A stretch of DNA of 61,550 nucleotides, filler included, from Hausera hauseri (Eukaryota), in assembly GCA_046269625.1 (NCBI GenBank). It is 8 parts of 8 records of this genome, joined end to end, with 100 filler letters (N's around TTAATTAATTAA, not from the genome) between each part and the next. Parts side by side here need not be neighbours in the genome. Positions count along the whole stretch, not along the records: positions 7,177 to 15,564 come from JBJURY010659885.1; positions 15,665 to 22,635 come from JBJURY010047553.1; positions 22,736 to 30,820 come from JBJURY010787645.1; 5 more parts are not named here. One strand, 5' to 3'. Under the pieces are notes generated by a model. That model was not told the origin of the DNA and did no database searches. It saw only the letters and a list, made by a program, of their open reading frames with translations. Positions 13,188 to 24,921 of this stretch are shown one piece after another; within the stretch, counting starts at the first letter, position 1, and each line of letters begins with the position of its first letter. Position numbers and translations under genes: made by a program.

Positions 13188-14700
13188 GGCGTTGTAAGGT
13201 GTTGTGACACTGAGGTTCAATCGAAATGTTGAGAAGGGCAAAACTTTCACTCGATGGCACATCATTGACATTTTGTGCAGAGTTGGCTGTCGATTGAATA
13301 CCACAAAATCGTCGTTAAGCATATGACGCTCCACAGTGTACCCGTACTGTAATCGAACGTCTGATGTATCTGCCCGTCTTTTCAGGTCAATTCGTTCACC
13401 ATTGTCTCTTATAACAAATGCAGCACCAGGGTACATTGATCCATTGTTGACCAATTGTTGGAGATAATTGATGTTATAAGGTGTAACCTTCTCTGGAAAC
13501 GTCAAATTTTGAGCAATCATTCGAGGAACACCGACTTGATCCAGATTTAAATTAGGATCGGCGGTAATGACAGTACGAGCTGAGTAATCCGTTCTCTTTC
13601 CCATTAAATTTGACCTAATTCGACCATGTTTACCCTTTAATCGCTGCTTTATGCTTTTCAACGGTCTACCGGATTTTTGCGTTGCGACCGGCAAAAAAGG
13701 ACTCTCATTATCAAATAACGTTGCCACATGATATTGTAAAAGATGGATTTTTTCTTGAATGATTGTTGAAGCAACGCCGTTTTTTTCCGATGATTTAATT
13801 TCGTTGTTAACTTTGACAATTTCCGTGAGTTTATGCGTTAAGTCGTCATGTGCACGACCGCTATGGTTCATTACTACGGCTGGTCGAACGGCTAAAGGTG
13901 GCACTGACAATACTGTGATGATCATAAAATCAGGGCGAGTGAACTTCGGATTAAACCCCATTACAATGCAATCTACGTCTGAAATCCGTTTAAATATTTC
14001 CAGCACCCGTTCAGCATGTAGTAATGATTTGCTGTCGTTATCGCCATCTTCACCTCCTTTCAAAGTGATTGAGAAATCCAATCCCAAACGTCGATAAACC
14101 GGTTGAACAGAACCACAGCCGTATTTTCCCAAATCTTCCATTCTATTTTCCTGATCTTCCTTTTCGTCAGATACTGCAATGCATTGTTTCTTTTTTTTAC
14201 ACTCATCGTAGATGAAATCAAACCGTTTATTTGGCGATCCTTCCGTTCTTTTCAATATGTCTTTTATATTCTCACTCGTTGGGTCAATGAGCAATTTTGA
14301 ACAATTATAACAAACACAGCGTAATATTTTTAATATTTTCTCTTTAAAGCCAATGTGAAATACCGGTTTTGCTAAATCTATATGACCGAAATGTCCAGGA
14401 CATTCGGATAAATTTCCACCGCATGTTTGACATAGACTATATCTATCGGCTGGTCCTTGCCGAGGATCCATTAGACCATTTCTCTTTGGTTTCCCATCTT
14501 GTGTTTTTTCAGGATGTTCGATACCTTCGACAACGGACATTCGTTTCTGTAATTAATGGAAATTGAAACATTTACTCATTTAAATAATATTTATGAATTA
14601 GTAAATTTAGATAACTTACAATTTCTTCTGGCCCAAGTACTCCGAATTGTACATACTTCACTTCTTTTAATGGAACTGTTGGGAGCTGTAAATCTGCCAT
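8847..14700 (-). CDS. RPB1: RNA polymerase II largest subunit; exon 1 14700-14620, intron 14619-14547 (73 nt), exon 2 14546-8847; ~1926 aa
   Basis: [27 protein letters not shown]|KRMSVVEG with GTAAGT...TACAG intron; zinc sites CQTC/CPGHFGH; catalytic NADFDGD; bridge helix [18 protein letters not shown]; trigger loop QMTLNTFH; YSPTSPx CTD. Confidence 0.98.
8850..9930 (-). repeat. RPB1 CTD heptad repeats (21-nt coding tandem repeat)
   Basis: 19 contiguous YSPTSPx at 9459-9857, 7 contiguous YSPTSPN at 9135-9281, degenerate heptads around them. Confidence 0.97.
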
Positions 14701-15564
14701 TAAAAATATTCAAACAACACCATAAAATGAGTACAGTAAAACAATTTTTGAAAGCTGCATAAATTAATCAAACGTAATAATTTTTTATTATGGTACTTGT
14801 TCGAAACTTTTTACATATTTAGTGCATAGTGCGGCAAATAAGTTCGTAAACTGAAATAAAGGTTATAGTTCATTAAGCGTGGTATTTGCTTATGTATGAT
14901 ATTTACATTTTTACATGCCATTTTATTCATTTTATTTATGTCAAATAGTTAAGAGTTAATGTGTAAACATAAAGAAATTAAGAAATAATGTTTAAATAAA
15001 CGCCAAAATGCTTGATGATAAATGATTTCTTGCCTGAAACATATCTCGAGAATATTTGTATTTTCTCTTATGTTCTAACATTTAAATTTCAATTTTTTTC
15101 AATATAAAATTTTTGTATGAAATGCATTCATTCCATGTTCTTTTCATATTTACAGATTTTTTTTCATATTTACAGATTTGGATTTTTAACCAGGATGTAA
15201 GCAAAAAAATATTTCGTCGGTGTATATCTTTTTACTTTGCCACAATTGAATATTTAGTTGATACTGTTTTACTTTGCAAAGTATTACTAAATACATGCTC
15301 TGCAAAAATTGTAGTTTTAGTTCATTTTTGAAATTTTGTTTTGGGATATATCATTTTAATCTCATTCCCTGACTACGCACATGATTTCAACAAAAAACTT
15401 CGCTGATCATACGGTCTAACTTCATGATAATGACATTCGTGGGTCACAGGATAGTCGTTTTCGTTGAATGTCGCTATAAACAGAACTAAATACAAATGAT
15501 AAAAAATAACGAAGAAAGGTCTTGGTGTATATCTTAAAGTTATTATATATTTTATTTAATTGTA

Positions 15565-15664
15565 NNNNNNNNNNNNNNNNNNNNNNNNNNNNNNNNNNNN
15601 NNNNNNNNTTAATTAATTAANNNNNNNNNNNNNNNNNNNNNNNNNNNNNNNNNNNNNNNNNNNN
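15565..15664. other. artificial contig spacer
   Basis: same 100-nt N/TTAATTAATTAA linker. Confidence 0.99.
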
Positions 15665-18597
15665 CTCTGTTGGAAGTCGGACGGGGGTTTGAGTCAACGA
15701 CTGGTCTGCTGTGTTGCTACGTCCTGCTCTGTCGACCACTCAAGGCTGATCAAAGTTCATCAAAGAGAGACTGTATCCAGATGATCTTGCACTGCGGGAA
15801 CGACTGCTACTCTGGACGCCTTCTGATACAGCAGATAAAGAACTGGGGCATCTCAAGTCGTCTCAGTGGTTCTGATGTGTGTTCTCATGATTGATCCTGA
15901 ATTTCTCACCTCTGATCATGTGACCTGAGTGCCAGAAGCCCGATCCTGAGGTTTGCTTCAGTCTGTAGGTTGGAGTCAAGAGGGATACCAACAAACTTGG
16001 TAGTGGTGAACTAGTTCTTTTGAATTTTTGTATTGTGTGATGCCACTTTTCCTCTCCTTAATTTAGTTATAGCACATACGTGCCCTGCTGCCTTCACGTC
16101 CTGAACCCCTGTTGTTTAATGCTAAGCGGCAGGAGACGGGTCACCTCATCTCCTGGTGTGAGAGATTTACAATACAATTGGAGGGTTGGTGTGAAGCAAC
16201 TGTTACAACTCTCTGCATTTCTCGGAAATGCATTAAGTTCCTTCAACATTTCTGTGTTTTTTCTTTTCCACCATGATAAGAATGGGAAAGAAAATGGTCA
16301 TTATAATTTTATGCTTTTTAAAAGTCATAACTGAATTGCTTTATGTGCTACGCTTCAACTACAAAGGTGGACGATGTGAATTTTATTTGGTTCATATCAC
16401 AGTGACTATCATTCAGGAAAAACTAAAAGTTGAACTAAATTTGAAATTTAAATTAAAATGCTAAATTGGACTGAGGGGTGTCTGTAGAGCATACTGAGCT
16501 GAAGACACCAAGTTCTGTCTTACTTTTCTAAATTCTGAACCAAATTTAAAATTCTTTGATTGAGGTGTGCAGATTGTAACAGCATCTGCGACACCATGTT
16601 TAAATTGCATCTAACTGTATTGTATGGCAGGAGTTAGCAGTGGCAGCAGATTTCATCTAAATGATTTTATGGGATTTTATTATATTCTATGACAGAACAT
16701 TTGAAGTTCTGTTATAGAATAAAGAGGGAATTAGTTTATACAAAATAGTGTTTCCTAAAAAAGGGAAAGTGATCGTTGGATTGTTGCATGTGTCTTTATA
16801 GGATTTAAAATAGGCTCTTTAAATCATCCAGGAAGGTTTAAACTAAACATTTACATCATTTAATAAACTTGGTTATATCAATCTTCTCCCCAAAAAATTG
16901 GAAAATATTGATAATTGATAAACAATATAAAAAGGGTAATTCACTATTCAATCAAGTGTTTAATAAAATAGGTTTTCAAAAGAATAAATGGATCAAAGGT
17001 TAATGGCTGAAATTTTGGGATTTAAAATCATGATTAGAATGAGAAGTCATTTTTGATATTTGGTGACACGGTTAACTTTACTCTTGTAAAACAGGCTAAT
17101 CATTCTTTAAGATTTTAAAATGACAAATATAATGATTCAAATTAAATTGGTCTAAATTGGAGATTTACAAATTAGCAATTATGGAACTGCTTCTAAATTA
17201 AAGTTAAGTTTTGGGTTCATGAATGGAAACATTAATTTCTCGTGTAAGCCTTATATAAAAAGAGGGTCAAAGGATTGACAAAATACAGTCTAAAGGAGCA
17301 GCTTTTTGAAATGCTAAGTTTACTGAGCTACAAAATACAAGGACAATTACAAGAGGAGAGTTAATATAAGGAATGAAGTTACAATTATGAATGAAGCTTT
17401 AAAAGAGAAATAAAAACAACTAAAAGTTACTACAAAAACTCTCCAATAATAAAATAAGTAGAACTATTGAAATAAGATTTGATAACAAGACCAATATATG
17501 ATTTAAAACAATAAAGAATGATTAGAGTATTAATTGGCAAATCAGTGTAAATGAAACATTGAATTCAAATAGGAAGGAATGACTTATCTTAAAGTACATT
17601 AAGGAGATCTAGTAGGGTCACAGACTGTTCCAGTAGGCAGACCAGCTGATGACCCCATCAAACATCAAAGGACCACAACCTGGTGACCTGAGAGTCTTCA
17701 GCCCTGACCAGAGGACAACCTCACGCCTAGATGTTCACCATTTACATCTGTTCTGCCTTTGATGTCACCAAATTGGAAAAGAGGGAACAACCTCTTTGTT
17801 AAACTCACCAAATTCTGGGCACAATAATCCCAAAGGTGAGCATCGGTCACTCAGGTGACAATCCTGAGTTCAAAACTATGAGGAAAATGGGCTGCTGGAG
17901 GATCATCGAGAGGACGAGAGGATCATCTTTCTTGTTTATTATCAAGTTTTCATCTTTCATCTACGACTTGCCAACGAACTCGTTCTACTTTAAGGAGCAT
18001 CAAGGAACAAAATGAAGATATGTTTGAAAAAAAAAAAAAGAAAAATTGTACAACCATTCTTACTAATCAATTCTTTCTTTCACAGCAACTGGAGGTTTAT
18101 TGATAGATTGTAAATCTTACATATGCAGTATATTGTGTCTAACTTGATCATTCATTTCATGGGTAACTTTGGACAAATATTTATGCAACATCTTATTTAC
18201 ATCAGGGATATTTGATTGACTTTTCTGAAATATCATTTTAAGTATAACGTTAAGATTTGTGGTAAAGCTTCTGTTAGACATTGATAAATCTATCTATTTT
18301 TAAATCATTATTTTTCTGCTAAGATATGACTCTGGGCTAGACAATTTTGAACATTTATTTTAGGATTTGAATCTTTTATATGATTTTGCTGTCGAATTTG
18401 GTTTGATTATATGTGCAATGAATATGTCAATGATTTAACAACAATTAACAACAAATGTTATGTAGAAGGTTGCATTTTAAAAGGGGGTGAAATTTTTCAG
18501 CTCATGGATGGTATTTCTGAATTTGGGCTTATTACTTACTACATTTTAAATTTATATTTTAGAGTGTAATCTCTTTGAAGAGATTAAAAGAGGGAAC

Positions 18598-19295
18598 TGT
18601 TACGAAAATAAATTTAAAATAAGCTAGTTTTAAACTTAACATGTCCTGATTGAAATGACATAAATATAGCTTTAAAATTAAGAACTTATTCTGCCCTATT
18701 GACCTTTGTTTTACTTGTAGTTACAGCAGATCATTTGCTAAGATTTCGATCTGCCCTTTGTCTGTCTGGGAAACAATCAGTAGAGGTTCCAGCTTTTCAC
18801 ACTGATCTGTGAAACCACAGGAGTTCAGGCTGAAGTTATCTTCGTTTGTTAAACAAAAGAGCAAATGGCCTTCGATCACAGCAGTAAATTAGGGGCGTTT
18901 CTAAATTTAAATAGGGTCAGAGACAGCTTTTAGTTGGTCAAGCAGAGATACGCCTTTTTTAATAAATTAAAATACAAGAGGATAAAACTTTACACACAGA
19001 GTAACAAATCAGATTTTGCCCTTGCAATTTCTCCAAAGATGCTTGCTGTCCATGTCTTTGCTGTTCCTATTTCTTGCCTCAGGTAATGAATGTATGTCTC
19101 TATTATTTGGTAATTTTCTGTTGTTTCTTATACTTTGTTCCACTTTGTATTAAATCCTAAACTTCTGTTACGTCATCACGCATTGTTGTGTTTCTGTCCC
19201 ACACACGGGGGTTTAGAGGACCCGGGATCCAAAGGAAGATAGAGCCAGAGTTTGTCCTAAATTTGATACCGTAAATAAATTATTCTTCCTTAACA
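18598..19295 (+). repeat. LTR (~698 nt)
   Basis: starts TGTTACGAAA, ends TTCCTTAACA (imperfect IR); preceded by PPT AAAAGAGGGAA (18586-18596), followed by PBS. Confidence 0.85.
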
Positions 19296-19297
19296 TT

Positions 19298-19316
19298 TGG
19301 GGGCTCGTGGCCGGAT
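19298..19316 (+). promoter_or_regulatory. primer-binding site, tRNA-Pro-like
   Basis: TGGGGGCTCGTGGCCGGAT versus canonical Pro PBS TGGGGGCTCGTCCGGGAT (first 11 nt identical), 2 nt after the LTR CA. Confidence 0.8.
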
Positions 19317-22300
19317 TGGCTGTGTGGACTTTTTGATTCGTCTCGGCCAGATGCTGCGGTGTGGTAAGGCTGTGTTTTATCACTTTTGATTGCCTACAGC
19401 GCCGTTTCATTTGGCTCTGGTAAATTCATTATCTTTGCTGTGTGACGTCTCAGAAGTTTTGGTACTCTCTGCGATGTACTGAAAATTCCCCCGAAAAGAG
19501 CTTATAGTTAACGTGGTTTGTTGAATACACACTACAGGGGGCTAGTGGCGGGCCCAGGCAGTAGATCACGCGCAGTCTCTGTTTTAAGCTAGGTTTTGTT
19601 TGTGGCCTTCAGGAATTTTACTGTGCCTGTAAACTACAAATTATTCGGATTGATTGTGTATTCTTGGTAGTTTTGGCTTGCATCAGCCAGGGAATTCTAG
19701 GCTCATTCCCAGTGGACTTATAATTAAACGGGTTATTTGGAACGGGTTGAATCGCCCTACTGTGGCACTCTAGATCGGGTTTCCTGTTGGGACTTTGAAG
19801 CGAGTTGCCGTTAGTATAAAGGACAGTGCTAATTTGGTTGGGCTGAGTGTCGCCTCTCCGCTGGGACATAAATTATGTTGCTGGGCGGATGGATTGAAGG
19901 ACACAGTGAAATTGGGGTTTCCTTACCCAAAGAGCAAAACCCGGCTCTGACAAGTGTTGTTTGTGTATGAAGTTGGAATGAAAAATGATTGAGAATTGAA
20001 GTTGATGGGAATTTCTTACATTTGCAGTAGACATTTTTTGCCGGCATTTCAACCTTTTTCCTCTTCTGTTTTTTCCGTTACCTGAGGCTTTCTGTCTGTC
20101 TGTCTGTCTGTCTTCCGCCGTGTGTCTGAGTGGTGTCTGAGGTGCGGAAGTGATTTGTGTTTCACTGCGTGTTGTGTGTTTGTCTTGTGATTTATGTGTT
20201 GGTGAATGGTGGATGAGATTGTGTTCTGTACAATTCTCAAATGTTTTTGCTGGATGTTGTGCTGCTGATTTACTGTTAAAACATGTTTCTGTGACGGGGG
20301 ATTCCTTTTGTAGGTCTTGCAGTCCTTTGTTTCACAGCAGAGGGACTGAGTGACCATTCCATTTGCATTTTGGAAGTTCTGCAGTTCTGTTAACCCTGAC
20401 ATTTGCAGCTCACTCTTGCAGGATTTTGGGATTTTGATGTGACTTTCTTTTGAAATTGTGTTGTATGTGGATTGAAAATGTACACATTAACAGATTTGCA
20501 AATGTTTCTTCTTTCTCACCAAGGAATGCCGTCTCAAGCACTTCTGGCTTCAGTTATGGGCCTGAACAGTGGCTATAACCATGTATCATTTACAATCACT
20601 TCGATTTCTAGGTTTTCTGACACTGGATGGAACACCCTCACTGGTCAGAACAAGGAAGCAGAAACGTGGAACATACGGATATTGTTCCTCTGCTTGACAG
20701 TGTTTTTACAACTGTTAATGCAGGACATGTTGAAACACTAATGAATGACTTTGTTTCTTGTAGGAGGATCTTCAAAGACAGTTCATACATTTTGTGTACA
20801 CATGGGTGATGATTTGATCTCGGACAAGAAATTTGAACAATTGTGGAATTCTTGGTTTGTGCTTTTATATTTTTGTGGACCATTCCTACAGGGGGTGTAG
20901 CCATTGACTGACACTTGGCTATCATGAATTAAGGTTAGATGACTAAGCTGGATTTAAAACAGGTTCACTCAATCCTAAACAATATTAGAACTATTGGATA
21001 ATTATGTTTCTTTCAGCCATGGTGTTATGATGATTATGTTACAACTTTGGACGGGATGATTTTGGTTTCGAAATCTGGGGACACTCATGCCTCAGGTTGT
21101 CTGGTCAGCTCGATCTGGGCAACATCCTGCCTTTATGGAGTGTGAAAGAGTCTGCTGAAGTGTGAATGTGTGTGAATGTGTATGCAGATGATTTTTCATG
21201 GGTTTTTAGGAAGCGCTATGTAAATATGACGTCACTTTAGTGAGTAGCTGTGTGATATTTTTTCTGGTTAATCTGTTTGAACACAGTGCATGTTTTTGTT
21301 AATGAATATATTTTTACTACTGCTTTACGGATGATTTTAGGGTGATAATGATTAAGTTTTTTGGTATCATGCTTGAAGCGGATACATTTAGTGATTAGGA
21401 GACTGACTAGGCCGCTGCTTTGTTTATTTTATTCTGTTTTATTTTTACTATGATATACTAACTTACTACCACACTAACCTACTAACTGGATTAACTGTTT
21501 ATCTGGCACATGATGCCTTGCTATATAGTAACTGATTGGACGTGTTAAAATTTTAGCATATTGGGGACAATTCTTCGATTTTGGTTTTCCACCTATTAGT
21601 TGTTTTTCTTTTAAGATCAGAAAAACACAGGGGGATATTATAAAGATAAGAAATTACTGATAGAACTTTGGAATTTAAACATCTATTAAACATCTGAGTC
21701 TATTTTGAACATTAGACGGATGATTTGGAGAAAAATGGTGGAACATTTAAGTATTTTGGATTTTCAGCAAATTATCATATAACAGTAACATAGAGTCCAA
21801 ATTGTTTTCAAAATGATGATTATATCAACAGGGGGAGAAGGAGAAATAGATTCTAATTAAAACTGGTCAATTTATGGGTAGAGTCATTATACTGCCTTCC
21901 TGCTTGACTAGAATATGCTGTCTGTGATATGGAAGCTCTACTAAATTAAAATTGGTAATCTAAAATTGGACGGCTTTAAACAACATCTATGCCATGTTTA
22001 TTTCATTTGAAATTGCTGATAGATTTCTGCATCACTGCTGATTTTTGATTATATAAAGGTACAGTTGGGTGTAAATTGTTAATTTTGACAAAAACCTTTG
22101 GTTATAACTACGGTGAAATTCAAATTAAATGTGAATTACTTCTGACATTTAAATAAAATGGGAGTTCTTTTGAAAATCTCACTATTACAGTAATGGTTCA
22201 ATTCAAATCAAAGTTTTGAAATAGGACTTTGTCTTGAAGCGTTAGACAATGACAAGGATGTTTTGGTATTTGGTAGAATGATATTAAATTCATAATTATT

Positions 22301-22635
22301 TGACAAAATACAATCAAATGACAACCTTTAAAGTGCTAGTACCAGGACATTCTAGATTTTGTTTAAATTCTTGAATGAGTTTCTGAGAGGTTGTGATTTT
22401 AAAATTTGTAGTTGAGACACAAACTGAGTGAATGGCCTCGAGGTTCTGACATTTATTGACTTCAAACAGTAAGTGTCTTTATTTTCTTAATTCTGACACA
22501 TCTGATGGTGAATCATCTTTTCACATTTCTATTTTTTCTTTTGCAGTTCAGGTTCTGAAGCGGTTGACCGTTTGTGCTATAACATCAAAAACGAATCCAA
22601 AAGCCACATGAGAGGATGCATCACAAGATAAAATT

Positions 22636-22735
22636 NNNNNNNNNNNNNNNNNNNNNNNNNNNNNNNNNNNNNNNNNNNNTTAATTAATTAANNNNNNNNN
22701 NNNNNNNNNNNNNNNNNNNNNNNNNNNNNNNNNNN
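22636..22735. other. artificial contig spacer
   Basis: same 100-nt linker. Confidence 0.99.
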
Positions 22736-22767
22736 ATAGTTCCCTCAAAGGATTTCTTGTAAATATT

Positions 22768-23490
22768 TTGAAAACGAATAATTTCTCCACAGTTTGTATA
22801 ATGGCCGAAATTTCTTGCTTTTACTCAACATGTGATATTAGTACCGTTAAGGTATTCACTGACAACAATTTCTCATACGCCATGACAATAATTGAGCAGA
22901 CTTCCGTTAAACAAGATAACAATCAAGATGAAACGCCACGTTTCATGGCAATGTTGCCACTGACTGACATGTTAGAAAATACGCATATTGAAAATTGTTT
23001 CCGAGAATCATGGAGAATCAGTAAGTTTAAAGCAATCTGTAAAGCGATGATGGCCAATTTTCCAGAAACTTATTACGACATTGCACTTAATCTGCTATTA
23101 TTGATAAATAAATTTCCCGAATTGGAAATATCTTTAGAAAAATACTTGATAAATAATTTGAAATTATTCAAATTCATCATAAACATGACCGTCCACGATT
23201 GCAATATTGTTGCTATATTGGCTTGGAAATTGATCAACAGATATTCACAGCCACGGAAAATCGTCCAAGATTTTCATCGGGATTTCGTTGCTGGTCATGA
23301 ACAACCAATTGATCAAAAATTAGAGAATAAAGAATATAGCAATACAGATCCTAAAGGAAATAATGTTGAAAGTTCTCAATTAAAAGTAAACGATTGTATA
23401 GACGAAGAGAAATCAGAAGCAGAAAATAGCGATGATATTGTACGTAAAATTCTTCATTATAAACAGAAAATAGCCGATACCAACAGTTAG
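22768..23490 (+). CDS. uncharacterised ORF (may be a partial exon or pseudogene; frame appears to continue past the stop)
   Basis: 240-codon open frame in AT-rich DNA with protein-like composition; no motif recognised. Confidence 0.35.
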   Translation: MKTNNFSTVCIMAEISCFYSTCDISTVKVFTDNNFSYAMTIIEQTSVKQDNNQDETPRFMAMLPLTDMLENTHIENCFRESWRISKFKAICKAMMANFPETYYDIALNLLLLINKFPELEISLEKYLINNLKLFKFIINMTVHDCNIVAILAWKLINRYSQPRKIVQDFHRDFVAGHEQPIDQKLENKEYSNTDPKGNNVESSQLKVNDCIDEEKSEAENSDDIVRKILHYKQKIADTNS

Positions 23491-24129
23491 AAGCAGGAAA
23501 TTTATATCGAAGTACAAAAGTTGCAAAAACAATTGCAATCTAAAATAAACAGATTTAATGAATTGACATTAATTCACAAAACACTGTGCCAAATTACCGA
23601 AATTATACAAAATATTTGGTGATGAACTGACGAACAACAGCAACTCGTTCGAGACTGAGTCGTGTATGTTCGAAATTCTGTTCGATGGTCTTCCCGGTAA
23701 TAATAAATTACCGTTGTTCAACCATTCCGGTGGTGAACATTCGGCTTTCCTTGTCAATTCGTGTGTTTCTAGTGCCAGTATCGACGTTAGGAATTTTGGG
23801 CTGGCACGGAGTTCCGTTAAACAGCTTATTCTTATTCCCGAGGATGCTGAACTTATTGCTACCGTTCAGAAAAATGTTGTGCAATTGGCAATGTCCAGAC
23901 TGTGCCATTCGTCTTATGAAATGCCTCAGTCTTCAGTTGACATTGTATACACGAAATATTATGAAGACTCCGAATCTGCAGATAGCAGTCCAAAAGAAGC
24001 AAGCTAATTTATTAAAGACAAGAAAGTAGAATATCATATCATTGATCAAATTGATGAAGTGGATGAAACGCAAGAGAATATATCCGATATTACTGAATGT
24101 GGTAAGGAAGTACAAGAAATTGTTGTGAG

Positions 24130-24780
24130 AAGTTATTATTCCTCTGTTGGCACTGATTAACGATCAAATACTGAATTTAACACGACATGGAATTAATGCT
24201 GCTACGATCAATTCTAAAACCAATTCAAAGTATCGACAGGCTATTATTGCGGATTTAACTACCGACGCATTTCAACAAAAGTTCTAAAATTCGATTGTTG
24301 TACGTTACTCCAGAATAACGTCAAACTGGCACATTCCATAATATCGTCGGCAAATTGGTTAGACGAAACAAATTGAATTATTTCGTTATCGATGCGGCCC
24401 ATTGTCTGTCGAAATGGAGGCACGATTTCCGGCCGGATTACTTTAAATTGAGCAAACTCCGACTGGAACTATTGAAGGATGTTCCGTATTTGGTATGGAC
24501 AGAAACTGCGACTGGACGTGTGGAATTGGACTTTGTAAGTACGTTGTGTTTTCGTAATCATCGAGTGTTTAAAATGCCGGTTTTGGAGAATAATTTGTTT
24601 TATGATGTTCAATTTACCGATTTGATTGAACAATCAGAGAAACACATGTTTGATTTTCTGATAAAATCATTGGGAAATCCCAAATTGTCTTTTGATAATT
24701 GGAATCCAATTGCATCCTGCATTGTGTACTGTCGAAAACGTCATGACTGCGACGAAATATCGGCAGTATTGACGAGATTC
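24130..24780 (+). pseudogene. RecQ-family (RECQL5-like) helicase fragment
   Basis: PLLALINDQI, LLYVTPE*, VIDAAHCLSKWRHDFRPDY (DEAH degenerate), TETAT, NLFYDV, CIVYCRKRHDC; stop codon and frameshift; no Walker A and no C-terminal half. Confidence 0.85.
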
Positions 24781-24921
24781 GAAAGACGGGAATCGAATGA
24801 CGACAACGTGTCCAGCAGCGTGAATTTTGAATTCAATTATCGAGCATTGAGAAATTTGTACGGGAATTATACGACGACAACCCAGAAATGCCGAGCAACA
24901 TTGACGGCACCTTTGAGGGGA

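Larger units (their letters stand above)
15665..22635 (+). mobile_element. non-coding (non-autonomous) ERV-like LTR element: 3' internal region - LTR - 5' internal region
   Basis: central LTR with PPT on its left and PBS on its right; no recognisable gag/pol/env ORF in ~6.3 kb of flanking internal sequence; internal extents are inferred. Confidence 0.65.

Noticed and set aside
15665-22635. Proven circular 1-LTR episome
   Set aside because: No terminal overlap is visible between the contig ends; circularity cannot be shown from this sequence.
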